Positions 51,808 through 61,060 of a stretch of DNA of 64,000 bases are shown here, one piece after another. The translations under genes were made by a program, and so were the position numbers. Source of the stretch: Octopus vulgaris (lineage: Eukaryota); the NCBI GenBank assembly GCA_951406725.2, contig OX597832.1:3720001-3784000 (forward strand). The letters are read 5' to 3'. Each line of letters starts with the position of its first letter. Within the stretch, counting starts at the first letter, position 1. The notes beneath the pieces were generated by a model, which had not been told where the DNA came from, did not search any database, and worked only from the letters and a program-made list of their open reading frames with translations.

Positions 51808-52282
51808 TGAGAGAGAGAGAGAGAGAGGGAGAAAGACTTAGATAGATAATCACTTACTCAGGCGGAACGAGCAGTGTCCTTAATCATTTTCAGATCCCCG
51901 ATATTAATTGGAAAAAAGACTGACGTATTCTTAAAGTGGAAACCTGTCCTGAAAAGCATGCAACAGAGTTGGCTTCACTAAGGACACCCAAGGATCAGAT
52001 AGGGGTGTTAAACTGGGTGATTTAATTCTACCTTAGCAGGAATTGAACTCAGAACTCATTTGTTTTCGCAGTGTATGAAAAGTGTGTCAGGTCACATAAA
52101 ATAGATCATGCTCGAGTCGAATGTAAAGTTTTCTAAACTGCTCATAAAAATATCTAAATCATTCTTTCTTTAAATTTTTAGGTAACAACAGGTTTACATG
52201 GTAGCTGTGTGGAAAATTTTGGAGGGACATCAGCAGCAGCTCCACTTGCTGCCGGTTGTATTGCTCTGGTTCTGCAGGCCAA
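11826..52282 (+). CDS. Kexin/furin-family proprotein convertase (S8B subtilase), catalytic-domain exons; partial gene
   Basis: Six AG/GT-bounded exons (11826-11972, 16793-16872, 25158-25246, 37014-37186, 41763-42002, 52182-52282) splice in frame into a subtilase domain. Motifs present: VLDDG (Asp), SHGTHCAG (His), TGNGG (oxyanion Asn) and GTSAAAP (Ser). Orthologue (furin/PC1/PC5-like) not assignable by eye; the Asn oxyanion residue argues against PC2. Confidence 0.95.
12268..13882 (+). mobile_element. ORF1-only (HAL1-like) L1/Tx1 derivative
   Basis: Decayed ORF of about 12370-13685, homologous to Tx1 ORF1 at 31305-32690 ([20 protein letters not shown]; [22 protein letters not shown]). CX2CX4HX4C knuckle at 13100-13141. 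No ORF2. About 200-nt 3' UTR ending GGTAATAAAGAAAT. Flanked by SINE-head sequence on both sides. Confidence 0.8.
13883..14085 (+). mobile_element. tRNA-headed SINE with Meta/MESC-like central domain (short-tail type)
   Basis: B-box-like GAGTTCAAATTCC followed by GACTTTGCTTTTCATCCTTTCCGGGTC...TACCAG. A matching head fragment lies at 12205-12267. Confidence 0.75.
16370..16725 (-). mobile_element. Degenerate CORE-type SINE
   Basis: GTTTCAGTCAT tail and ACAATGTGGTTGGGAAGC head remnants match the family at 57508. Confidence 0.55.
16793..16872 (+). CDS. Convertase exon B
   Basis: Polypyrimidine tract, caag|GATGCT...AATAG|gtaaga, 80 nt, phase 0/2: [26 protein letters not shown](S). Equivalent to furin DPGASFDVNDQDPDPQP. 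Not captured in the ORF track. Confidence 0.9.
17172..17480 (+). mobile_element. Non-autonomous Helitron 5' portion
   Basis: A|TCTATTATATAAAA...(GTCT/GT)n...CCGATTGCGCTCAAATTTG, a typical Helitron-derived 5' end. 3' end not identified. Confidence 0.55.
18690..19830 (+). mobile_element. Penelope-like element RT remnant
   Basis: Broken motifs [19 protein letters not shown] and CKPTDSQSH occur in the order expected for a Penelope-like RT. Confidence 0.6.
20675..20894 (-). mobile_element. Meta/MESC-like SINE (short-tail type), minus strand
   Basis: Reverse complement of the SINE unit in the adjacent array; head-to-head with it. Confidence 0.8.
20925..21749 (+). mobile_element. Tandem array of four Meta/MESC-like SINE units
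   Basis: Units at about 20925-21156, 21157-21340, 21345-21576 and 21577-21749. The first three end in ...CCCCTTGTGG(G/A)TA(A/G)TAAAGAAATA. Units 2 and 4 start internally at GGTATTT. Confidence 0.88.
22774..22819 (-). ncRNA. Minimal type I hammerhead ribozyme motif
   Basis: Minus strand: GACAC-CTGATGA-A-GGCTG(loop)CAGCC-GAAAC-GTT-GTGTT. Confidence 0.7.
22932..22977 (+). ncRNA. Minimal type I hammerhead ribozyme motif
   Basis: GACAC-CTGATGA-A-GGCTG-gagtgtatat-CAGCC-GAAAC-GTT-GTGTT. Stem I is GACAC/GTGTT, stem II is 5 bp, and palindromic ACGT replaces stem III. Confidence 0.72.
25158..25246 (+). CDS. Convertase exon C (catalytic His)
   Basis: ttctag|TCACGG...GGGG|gtaaga, 89 nt, phase 2/1: [29 protein letters not shown](G). 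Confidence 0.95.
25325..25505 (+). mobile_element. Degenerate Meta/MESC-like SINE
   Basis: GAGTTCAAATTCCGCCGAGGTCG...TTTCATCCTT..GGGATCGATAAA, about 80 nt after exon C. Confidence 0.7.
26955..33362. mobile_element. Solo LTR-like element (about 1.1 kb once the nested LINE is removed)
   Basis: Begins TGTAAAGG and ends CGCTACA (TGTA...TACA). 4-bp flanks GTTG/GTCG differ by one CpG-type transition. Interrupts the minisatellite. Confidence 0.6.
27789..33069 (-). mobile_element. Full-length but inactivated L1/Tx1-clade LINE
   Basis: ORF1 about 32690-31305 with knuckle [17 protein letters not shown]2 31259-28051 with APE motifs (CLNVRGL, ATE, LLGDFNA, GYWKLN), RT motifs ([31 protein letters not shown]) and C-terminal [15 protein letters not shown]. 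Frameshifts and stops present. 15-bp target duplication GTCTGG(G/A)ACCAAAGA at 27774-27788 and 33070-33084. Confidence 0.93.
37014..37186 (+). CDS. Convertase exon D
   Basis: tacag|GTATCC...CAACAG|gtgggt, 173 nt, phase 1/0: [57 protein letters not shown]. Confidence 0.95.
37205..37340 (-). mobile_element. 5'-truncated Meta/MESC-like SINE next to the exon D donor site
   Basis: Reverse complement of the short-tail SINE 3' half, flanked by duplicated AATTCTAATAATAATATT. Confidence 0.7.
38328..39425 (+). mobile_element. CORE-type SINE interrupted in its tRNA-like head
   Basis: Head GGCACAGGCATGGCTGTGTGGT stops at 38365. The SINE resumes at 39104 with CAGGTTCAGTCTCACTGC and runs to the tail GGCTGAAACAAATAAAAAAG. 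Confidence 0.8.
38366..39088 (+). mobile_element. 5'-truncated retro-insert, probably a second ORF1-only (HAL1-like) family
   Basis: Perfect 15-bp target duplication TGAAGAAGTTCATGT (38351-38365, 39089-39103). Starts with ..ENCP (knuckle end), then charged K/R/E-rich coding-like sequence. No RT. 3' end GGCC-TTAT-GGCC-AATATAATGAAA. Confidence 0.62.
39680..40180 (-). mobile_element. CORE-type SINE
   Basis: Full reverse copy with an internal (TACA)/(TA) tract. Confidence 0.82.
40800..41205 (-). mobile_element. CORE-type SINE
   Basis: Full reverse copy. Confidence 0.8.
41763..42002 (+). CDS. Convertase exon E (oxyanion Asn)
   Basis: tttcag|GGTCGT...CAAGTT|gtaagt, 240 nt, phase 0/0: [80 protein letters not shown]. 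Confidence 0.94.
42205..42585 (+). mobile_element. CORE-type SINE
   Basis: TGGCTGTGTGGTAAG (A box), GGTTCAGTCC (B box), GGCACCTAGGGCAAGTGTCTT (core-like), tail ATGACTGAAATGAGTAAAAGAG. Confidence 0.82.
44100..44870 (-). mobile_element. Highly decayed Penelope-like 3' region (putative GIY-YIG remnant)
   Basis: Cys-spaced and YI-like remnants on the minus strand; weak. Confidence 0.3.
45181..45410 (+). mobile_element. SINE 3' portion with (GAT)n RTE-type tail
   Basis: GGCGTTAGGAAGGGCATCCAGCTGTAGAAAC...GACGTTAAACGATGATGATGAT. A related copy lies at about 63478-63610. Confidence 0.65.
45519..45565 (+). pseudogene. 18S rRNA 5'-end fragment
   Basis: CAGTAGTCATATGCTTGTCTCAAAGcTTAAGCCAcGCAaGTgTAAGT matches the conserved eukaryotic SSU rRNA 5' region with about 4 differences. 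45521-45539 equals the NS1 primer sequence GTAGTCATATGCTTGTCTC. Confidence 0.85.
45658..45699 (-). ncRNA. Type I hammerhead ribozyme motif with a core substitution
   Basis: Minus strand: GTAC-CCGAAGA-GACCC(agaac)GGGTC-GAAAC-atgt-GTC-GTAC. The core reads CCGAAGA instead of CUGAnGA. Confidence 0.6.
46769..46804 (-). ncRNA. Minimal hammerhead-like motif
   Basis: Minus strand: TCTT-CTGATGA-AGcactgacgtCT-GAAAC-GTT-AAGG; stem II is weak. Confidence 0.45.
47022..47190 (+). mobile_element. CORE-type SINE 5' half
   Basis: Head and core followed by (TACA)n, which carries the mariner left end. Confidence 0.78.
47221..48457 (-). mobile_element. Mariner (Hsmar1/cecropia-like) DNA transposon, inactivated
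   Basis: Perfect 31-bp inverted termini TCAGGTCATTAAGAATGAAATGTCCGATTTT with TA on both sides. Frameshifted transposase: [47 protein letters not shown]. Confidence 0.93.
48460..48830 (+). mobile_element. CORE-type SINE lacking its first ~15 nt
   Basis: Starts GTGTGGTAAGAAGTTTGC immediately after the mariner TA. Further partial copies at about 48985-49195, 49609-49790 and 46390-46545. Confidence 0.8.
50305..50850 (+). pseudogene. Gypsy-type integrase N-terminal relic (Ginger/GIN-like transposase)
   Basis: MATF...EKANLR...GQLYY...[21 protein letters not shown]...FILS*DQCQK (decayed HHCC zinc-binding region), then QIGVDITNL...CVAMDYLS (start of the integrase core). Stops and a frameshift; no RT upstream. 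Confidence 0.7.
51125..51199 (-). ncRNA. Type I hammerhead ribozyme motif with long stem II
   Basis: Minus strand: TTTCCTG-CTGATGA-tAGCT(long hairpin)AGCTc-GAAAC-catg-GTA-CAGGAAA. Perfect 7-bp stem I, GUA cleavage triplet, palindromic ACCATGGT stem III. Confidence 0.75.
51506..51659. repeat. Perfect palindrome, 73-bp arms, 8-nt loop, within (TA)n
   Basis: 51506-51578 is the exact reverse complement of 51587-51659. Confidence 0.95.
52182..52282 (+). CDS. Convertase exon F (catalytic Ser)
   Basis: ttttag|GTAACA...GCCAA|gtaagt, 101 nt, phase 0/2: [33 protein letters not shown](N/K). Not captured in the ORF track. Confidence 0.94.
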
Positions 52283-52857
52283 GTAAGTATTTAGAATACT
52301 TTTGATCACTCAGTAGTTTTACTGGAAAATGAGACCCTGGGGATACACTCCAATTTCTTCATAGCACTGCATGTGTATTAATTATATTGCGGTTTAAATT
52401 TTATTAGATGTTCAGCAGAGTGTTTTACTCTGATTACTGTCTTGAAAAAGGATAAATAGCTCATAACTATGTACAAAGTCAGTATTAGTTTACACCAGGG
52501 CGTAGTAAAGTATATATATTGATGTTAGTCTAGCAAGTGTTAAGAAATTAGCCATAACCTAATATATCATGAGCATTTTTACAATTTAGTATTGCAGCGT
52601 ATGTTCATATGCTTAAAACACATATTGTCTTGCTGTGAAATGAAACTCAAGAGATATATCCCGTGCTGAAATGATTCTGTATTGAATGAAGTATTATATT
52701 TCACATACAAAACTTTTAGCAGAACTTTCAGATCAGATAACAGGACAGAAGAATTTCTTTATTTACTGCATAGGTTGAAATGTGTTTGGCAGAGTTCAGA
52801 GTTAAATATATTAACTGTTGTTATGTAAACCCTGATCAGCTCTGATGATTATAATTA

Positions 52858-53460
52858 TTAGCGAGCTGGCAGAATCGTTGGCACTTTGGACGAAATGCTT
52901 AGCGGTATTTCGTCTGCCGCTACGTTCTGAGTTCAAAATCCGCCGAGGTCGACTTTGTCTTTCATCCTTTCGAGGTCGATTAAATAAGTACCAGTTACGC
53001 ACTGGGGTCGATATAATCGACTTAATCCGTTTGTCTGTTCTTGTTTGTCCCTTCTGTGTTTAGCCACTTGTGGGTAGTAAAAAAATAGGTATTTCGTCTG
53101 TTGCTACGGTCTGAGTTCAAATTCCGCCGAGGTCGACTTTGCCTTTCTTTCAGGACCGATAAATTAAGTACCAGTTACGCACGGGTCAAGGTAATCGACT
53201 ATTCCCCTCCCCCAGAACTTCTGGCCTTGTAGAAAGGATTATATTAGGCGGCAAATTGGCAGAATCGTTAGCACGCCGGGGAAATGCTTAGCGGCATTTC
53301 GTCCGTCCTTACGTTCTGAGATCAAATTCCGCTGAGGTCCACCTTACCTTTCATCCTTTCGGGGATCGATGAAATAAGTACCAGTTGAGCACTGGGGGTC
53401 AATGTAATCGACTATCTCACCACCACTAAAATTTCAGCCTTTGTGTCTTTAATAAAAAGG
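52858..53460 (+). mobile_element. Cluster of three Meta/MESC-like SINE units
   Basis: A long-tail unit ends at 53087 and is followed by an internal restart GGTATTTCGTCTG (53088-53100, repeating 52904-52916). A separate short-tail copy starts at about 53246. Confidence 0.85.
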
Positions 53461-53493
<33 letters not shown>

Positions 53494-53502
53494 ATTATTA
53501 TT

Positions 53503-54042
53503 GAGTGAAAGAGCAGTGCATGCCATCAAAGTGACACTGCAGTAAAATATACGAAGCCCAGTATACCCATCATGATTACCCGTCTGATTAGGGTACACCA
53601 GCCACACACATCACGATCATATGTGCGCGACATGGTGATCTCATATCAAGATAAACAGTGCATGACCATTGCAGGTGGGGCCCAGTTAGAATTTTCTTCA
53701 GGTCGAGTAGCCCATCCCGCTCAAAAGGCCCCTGAATAAGAATTGTTTAAGGATGTTGAACAAAACACCTATGTTTCCCAAACCCCAAAGAATTCTTTTC
53801 AACACATGGCTATGATACTCGCTCACTATTTCTCCTCGTGATCACACGCACATATCGTCAGCCACTACGGGATATGCTCAACTGGTTACGGTCAAACAAC
53901 TTACAAGCAAATCTGTCGTATTGAGCAGAATATTTGCTGTAGCCCATCTTTTATGCCAAAACAAAGCAATGTATATGATAACACTTCTAATCAGTTAAGA
54001 TCAGAAGCCATGAGAGCCAGTGCCTGGTACTGCATCAGGGCA

Positions 54043-54045
<3 letters not shown>
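53503..54045. mobile_element. Non-coding interspersed element embedded in (TAA)n
   Basis: About 540 nt of complex sequence with sharp (TAT)n boundaries on both sides; family not identified. Confidence 0.45.
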
Positions 54046-54102
<57 letters not shown>

Positions 54103-54127
54103 TATTGTTGTTGTTATTGTTATTATT

Positions 54128-57100
54128 GTACTAATTGTTCAACACTTGGTAGTTTGAGGCAAATTCCAACTGCATCACTTGCTACACATCCGTGTTGCTG
54201 GGGTTGTGTGCAGCATTGTGGGTTCTTTTTGTCGTTGGGCGTGTTGAAACTCTTACCGGTATTGTTTTGTGTTAGTTTTTTTTTCTCTTGAGGTGTGGTG
54301 CAGTCTTTTGTTGTGTTACTGCTTGCATTGCGTGTCGAGTGTGTAATGCGCTGATTTTCAAGCTTGCTGGTAGAAATTTATTTCACTGGGCAATTGCTGC
54401 ATAGAGTGTGTCTTGTGTTTGTGGGTTGTTTTCTTTGTGTTGTATTATTGAACTGAAAATGTATTGCACAGGGTGTGGGCTGTTCCTAGCAGGGGTATAT
54501 TTTGGATAGTGTGTAGTGTTGAGGATCCTGGTATAGCTTCTACGTTTTTGTTCATATATCTTTTTTTTATCATGTTCAATACTCCAATTATTATTGGTAT
54601 TGTTTTTACCTCCATGCCCCACATCTTGGATACTTCAATTTCGAGGTCTTTGTACTTCGACAATTTCTCCACTTCTTTTTGGACAATATTTTGATCAGGA
54701 GGACTGCAACGTCTCAAGCACTCTTTCAACTCGATGATCATACCAAATACTTCTAGCTTCAAATCTTCATTTCTGACTAAGCTTCTTGTGCAAAACTTTC
54801 ACACCTTGGTCATGCCTCCATGTCTTATATTCTCCCCGAGCCAATTTAGGACATTCTGCAACAATGTGTGCCATTGTTTCATCCCAAATTCCACACACTC
54901 TATATATCACTGGTACCTTTCCCCTAAACACATATTTTCTCAAGTTTGATTTTAACGCTTGATCTTGAACTATTATAATAAGGCTCTGTTTCTTTTTCTT
55001 TAATTGTCCTTTCTTCAACCAAACCCAGGGTTTTGTTTCACGTATATCGTCAGTGGCTTTCCAAAACTGACCATGAAAAGATTTCTCTTCAATCTGTTTA
55101 ACACGCTCTTTTTGAATTTCATTCTTGCTCTTTTCTCCTATTCCACATCTGATCACCTGCATCTTATTCACTGTCTTTAATAATTTCTCTGTGCTGTTCT
55201 ATAAATATTCAAGTAGGCTTTTTCGTTCCATCTGTACACACCCTTCCACAGCAATTAAACCTCTTCCACCCGGGTCTCTCATGTACAACTGGTTGATATC
55301 AGCTTTCGGATAGTAAACTCCGTTGATTGTCAGAAGCCTTCTAGTTTTTCTCTCCAGTTTCTGTATGGTTTTGATCCAGTCAACAATTCCAGTTCCATAT
55401 CTGAATACCTGTACCACTCTTGCATTTATTGCTTCAATAACATTTAAAGAATTCAATTTTGACAGTAATATTTTCCTCACTCTTCTTGTATATTCCCGAC
55501 TGATAATTTGCTTCATCTCTTTATTTTTTTTATTTCATCTGCTTCCAGTATTCCCAAATGCTTATACCATTCTCCTTTCTCAACAGCTTTCATTGTTTGC
55601 CCCTTTAGCATTTCGGTTCCCTAGCTTCCTTCAAATTTTGCTCATTTTTTTATCACTATAGCGCACTTTTCAATCCCAAATTTCATACCTACACCATTTG
55701 AGAAACTATGAACAGTATGTACAAAACTTTCAAGTTGCTTCTCATTTTTCGCTTAAAGCTTTATTTCATCCATAAAAAGGAAATGATTTATCTGACCATA
55801 TCCTTTCCCCAAATCATTAACTATTTGAATATTTCGTAGTCTCAAACTGAGTGGTATCATGGTTAATACAAATAGTAATGAAGATAAGCTATCACCTTGA
55901 AATATATTACGTCTGATGTTCATCTTCCCAAGTTTTTGTTTTTCTCCTATCAGTTCAGTATTCTATTTTTTTTACTTTCATTACCATTTTCTCCATATTT
56001 TCTGCCACTTTAAACATGCTCATTATTTTACTTACCCAACTGTGCCGGAACATGCTATATGCTTTTCCGTGCTCCAACCATGTTACATTCATTCCCATCA
56101 ATCTGCGTCTACAATTTCTAATTATCATTTTATCAACTAATTTGTTGTCTTTTGTTGCCCTACTTTTCTTCCTGCATCCGTTCTGTTCTACTAGAAGTAG
56201 ATTGTTACTATCCAGGATGATTACATAACTTTTCCGCATAAATAGTAATAAGAATATAGGTCGAAAATTTAGTTCCAATTTACCTTTCAAGAGGTCCTCG
56301 AGACATAAAAACATCCGTTCACTTGTCATCCAGGTAGGGACATGACTTGCTGCAGGCATTCATCCAGGCGTGCAGTGATCTTTTCATGCAATTGTGTAAA
56401 ATTCTTCAGCCAGTAACCTTGTACTCCAACCGGACAAAATCCTTTCCAATTTGCCATATTTTTTAACTTCAGCTTATCTGAGTACAGATCAATTCTGACG
56501 TTCTTTTGTTTTGGTGCAGTTGCAAGTTATCTTTCCACTTGTCTTAGCAACTCGGCATCTTTTTTATGATCCAAAGCTCCCCTCAAAATACTTTATTTTC
56601 TTCCGCATCAGGAATCACGTCCTAAAGTTGTTCTCCCTCTATTTCCTCAAAAAAGATGCCTTCTGTTCGATTGAAGCAATCTACATCTAGCACCATATCT
56701 TTTTTACAATTTTGCCTTTAATGCTGTCACTTCTCTTTGTGACTATTCTCCATGTGCAGTTTTTTTTTCTTTTTCTTCTAACCTGTACTTCCCATTCAAT
56801 TTTCTCATTCTTGAGTTCTCTCATTATCCTATTCAGTTGCCTCAGTTCTTTCCACATCCTTTTCAACTTCATCTATATTCCCTTCCTCTAGTTTGGTTCT
56901 TTCTTTTCTCTCTCCTCATCTTTTTCAAGTTTTCTGCTTGTATCTTATTATGTCAGCTACAACATTAGCAACAGCTATGATTAGTTTGTTTGGTTTCACT
57001 AATGTTCTCTATTTCAACCAAGCTCTAAACCGCCAATTACTCCACCTGTGTCTCTCCTTACTTTTCCTCTGTCTATATATTTTACATTTGGTGGCACTTC

Positions 57101-57400
57101 ATTGTTCACACCTGATTTTATCTCGCGGCATTTCTAGAATCTCCTTCCCTTCATTGTTCAAGTCTTGTGCAGCATTTACTGTCGCTTGCCCAACTAGATC
57201 ATCTTCACTATTTACTTCTTCAGCATTCTCAGGCACTTAGTCATTTCCTTCTTTTTCATTTCCTTTATCTCTTACTCCTTAATACCAATTTCTGTTACTG
57301 TTGTCTCACACCTTCCTGCTCATTTTTTATTCTTCTCTGGATTTCTTCAACCTCTAATCAAGATTTCCCGTATAGATGGCGGAGGTCGGTGCACCCCAAA
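54128..57400 (-). mobile_element. Decayed R4/Dong-type non-LTR retrotransposon (RT + restriction-like endonuclease)
   Basis: NFRPI, EQNGCRK, IFQGDSLS, HFLFMDEIKL, GGRGL, HGQF, QDQAL, VCG..DETMAHIVAEC..RHD, EKLSKYKDL, LGTAHTL. 3' UTR abuts (TAA)n. Confidence 0.85.
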
Positions 57401-57507
57401 ATGCAAGCAAGTTTTTAATGTTGCAGATATAAGTAAAACACGATAGAAATTTAAACTGGAATTTGTTGAGAAAATGAAACAAATTTAAGAAATGTATTTA
57501 TATATTT

Positions 57508-57673
57508 AGGCGCAGGAGTGGCTGTGTGGTAAGTAGCTTGCTTACCAACCACATGGTTCCGGGTTCAGTCCCACTGCGTGGCATCTTGGGAAAGTGTCTT
57601 CTGCTATAGACTCGGGCTGACCAATGCCTTGTGAGTGGATTTGGTAGACGGAAACTGAAAGAAGCCTGTCGTA

Positions 57674-57721
<48 letters not shown>

Positions 57722-57950
57722 TGTATGTGTGTGTATATGTTTGTGTGTCTGTGTTTGTCCCCCCACCATCACTTGACAACATGCTGGTGTGTTTACGTCC
57801 CCGTCACTTAGCGGTTCGGCAAAAAGAGACCGATAGAATAAGTACTGGGCTTACAAAGAATAAGTCCCGGGGTCGATTTGCTCGACTAAAGGTGATGCTC
57901 CAGCATGGCCGCAGTCAAATGACTGAAACAAGTAAAAGAGTAAAAGAGTA
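57508..57950 (+). mobile_element. Intact CORE-type tRNA SINE (octopus OR1/OR2-like)
   Basis: GGCGCAGGAGTGGCTGTGTGGTAAG..GGTTCAGTCCC head, GGCATCTTGGGAAAGTGTCTT core, internal (TA)/(TG) tract, (GTAAAAGA)n tail. Family name is from memory and was not searched. Confidence 0.85.
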
Positions 57951-58148
57951 TTGTTATTCTACATGTAAATGAAGTAAATAAATCATTTTTACCTAGCCTT
58001 TTAATTTCTGCTTACGATTCCATTAGTACAAATTACGATCATAGAGCCAAGCAAAAGAAAAAAAGAATGATGCATGAATATTTAAATACCTAGTACTATT
58101 CTTCAGTAGGACAGAGAAAGCCAACAAGCTTTCCAATGTTGTTGTTGC

Positions 58149-58206
<58 letters not shown>

Positions 58207-58535
58207 GCTAATTGTTCAACACTTGGTAGTTTGAGGCAAATTCCAACTGCATCACTTGCTACGCATCCGTGTTGCTGGGGTTGTGCGCAGCATTGTGGGT
58301 TCTTTTCTGTTGTTGGGAGTGCGCAAACTCTTCCCGGTATTGTTTCTGTTATGCTTTTTTTCTCTCTTGAGGTGTGGTGCAGTCTTTTGTTGTATTACTG
58401 CTTGTATTGCGTGTCGAGTGTGTAATGAGTTGATTTTCAAGCTTGCTGGTGGAAATATATTTCACTGGGTAATTGTTATATAGAGTGTGTCTTGTGTTTG
58501 TGGGTTATTTTGTTTGGGTTGTATTATTGAACTGA
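58207..58535 (-). mobile_element. 3'-UTR-only copy of the R4/Dong-type element in (TAA)n
   Basis: Closely similar to 54128-54455; (TAT/TAA)n on both sides. Confidence 0.85.
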
Positions 58536-58606
58536 TAATAATAATGATAATAATAATAATTATTATTATTATAATTATTATTATTATTATAATTACTATT
58601 ATTATA

Positions 58607-58648
<42 letters not shown>

Positions 58649-58649
58649 T

Positions 58650-59095
58650 ACTTTTAATCTGCATGTTTGTTATAATCACTTGGTGAGACACACCCAACAT
58701 CCTAGGGCGAGTGAAGGATAAGAGATGTTATAGTATGACTGAAAGCTTGGGGAGGGAGAGTGGCAGGAGCAGTAGGGAAATATCTTCAGACATTTAAATT
58801 GATAGGGCTTTTCTAAGAATGTCAGAAATACTTGTCAGCACAATCCTTTGGATTTCTTTGAGACATGGTTCTCCTGGTAGTTTCTGGCAAGCAAGCTTTG
58901 ATTTTGTGCCGCCAATATAAAACCTTCAGTCTCTGCTTTCAGCCCTGAACTTCTCAGCCACTGATGGCTTGGTTTTCATCAGCATTTCGGCTTCGAAGTA
59001 TATACTGTCCATGCAGAGGCTTCTGGCTCCATTTGTTTTTGCCCATTTTTTTCTGTAGTCTGATTGATCCATTTTGCTTGTTTGGCGACAATGTT
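58650..59095 (-). mobile_element. Internally deleted R4/Dong-type fragment (second family)
   Basis: KPLHGQYILR..QWLRSSGLKAETEGFILAAQNQSL fused to LPGEPCLKEIQRIVL..SDILRKALSI*; (TAA)n on both sides. Confidence 0.72.
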
Positions 59096-60315
59096 CTTCT
59101 TCTTATTATTATTATTATTATTATCACTATTATTATTATCGTTATTACTGTAAAGATGTATCATGAAGTACTTCCTCACACTCCAAATTTTTAAAACACT
59201 AAGCTGTTTGAGACATCTCTCTTTTGATTCATCTGTTTCTTATTGGTTTTGCTAGCTCAGCAAGTCAATTATGAAGTGTTTCTGCTGTTTTTAAAAATAA
59301 GCTATAACTTCCCATGATGTATACAAGGTAGCTAGGCTAATTCAAAATGAAGTCATAGTAAAGCTCTGGTTACATTATATAAACTACCAACCCGTTTGTT
59401 AATAGGACAACAGTGTAAAGATTTAGCCAGCTGTCACTAACTACTAATGCTTATATAAGTTATCTTATCAATTTAATAAAAAGTATATGGAACCAATTTC
59501 TTTTAGCAAGTTGAATTAAATTCTTATCTTCTCAAAAACAGGAAATCATGATGTTTTGGATCGAACATGAGAAGTTTTTCATAACTTAATATATTTCCGT
59601 TTTTGAAATTAAATTATTCTGAAGAGTTTTATGTTAATTAACTCAAGAAGTTGATTAATTTAGCCTGATTTAAAATCTCTGTTCAAGAGTATAGAATAAT
59701 AGAGAAATACAAGTACTGCTTCAGAATTGACAAATGCAAAGATTCAGTAAGTAGGTCAGTGTAAGTTTTCTAATAAGTCATTAAACTATGTAAATAACTG
59801 TATTTAAAATTATTTTGTATTAGAGATTAAAAAGAAAAACATTTTAACCCTATGTTTTTCTTAAGTGTTGTGGGTATCAAGTGATCCAATGTCATTTATT
59901 TGCTGATATGTTGAAATATTTATTGTTGAATATTATGAATTTATGGTGGTATATCATGCTTTAGTTTCACCTTTCAACAAAAAATCAAGGAGGGTCAAAA
60001 TGTATTGGGATTTGATCTGCTATTCAGCAAATATGCATATCATGCATTTAAAAAAATTTTTATCTTATATTTTGTTCTTCAATACATGCAGCTACTTGGT
60101 TCATTATTTTTGTTTTAAAACTAATTTCCATACTTTACTGAAAGTTAGAAATACTAATTAACTTCAGAAATTTCAGTTTTTTTTTTTAAACAACTAAAAG
60201 TCATACAGATAAAGTTGATGAAGTGACATAGAAGGTCAAGTTTATTGGATGACAATTCATAACATTTTAATATAGATAAGACAACTCTTCCTCTATAGCT
60301 CTAGTTATCTAATTA

Positions 60316-60760
60316 TCTCTTATTATAAAAGGCAGATTTTATCTGCCTCCCTTTGTATCTTATAGAAATCTACAATATAGGATTTCTTCAATTACAATTT
60401 ACCTAGCATTTTTAAGAGTAGAATGCATCGAGTCATGCCAGGTCCAGTTTTTAAAATTTAAACTCCAATTAAGCAAAATTTACAGAAAACTCACATTCTG
60501 GTGTGTATGTCAAATGCTTTTCTTAATGTGGTTTACACCACACGCACACGTACACACACAGTATGCAACGAATAAACTGAAACTAATTCACTGTGTGTGT
60601 GTTGACAGGTAGACAATAGAATGCGATGGCGATGTAATATTTGTTTCTGTCTATGACGCTGATAGATACATGAGTAAAATGTATGGCAAGCTAAGAGATA
60701 AGAGTGAGTGAAAATGTTCTTGGAAGAGAGTAAATAGCAAGAGAGTGATTTGAGGAAGAC
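60316..60760 (+). mobile_element. Helitron-derived 5' fragment
   Basis: A|TCTCTTATTATAAAAGG start, similar to the complete copies downstream. Right end uncertain. Confidence 0.45.
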
Positions 60761-60808
60761 TTTACATTAAATAACCGTAGTGGCTTGTATATATATATAT
60801 ATACATAC

Positions 60809-61060
60809 ATAAGACAGTAAGGTGTGATTTGAGGGAGATTTGGCTGCTATTTCTGCCATGTAGGGGTCTCCCTCATAGGCTCATACATACATATATACAT
60901 AGATAAGACAGTAAGGTGTGATTTGGAGGAAATTTGGCTGCTATTTCTACCAGGTCTAGCTACCATGTAGAGGTCCCCCTCATTGGCTCATATATATATA
61001 CATACATAAGACAGTAAGGTGTGATTTGAGGGAGATTTGGCTGCTGTTTCTACCAGGTCT
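60809..61060. repeat. Three tandem copies of a ~100-bp unit
   Basis: ATAAGACAGTAAGGTGTGATTTGAGGGAGATTTGGCTGCT recurs at about 60809, 60903 and 61006. Confidence 0.85.

Noticed and set aside
53990-54045. HDV-like ribozyme at the end of the (TAA)n-embedded element
   Set aside because: I could not build the nested double pseudoknot by eye.
12205-57950. tRNA genes
   Set aside because: A/B-box-like sequences all continue into SINE bodies; no complete cloverleaf was seen.
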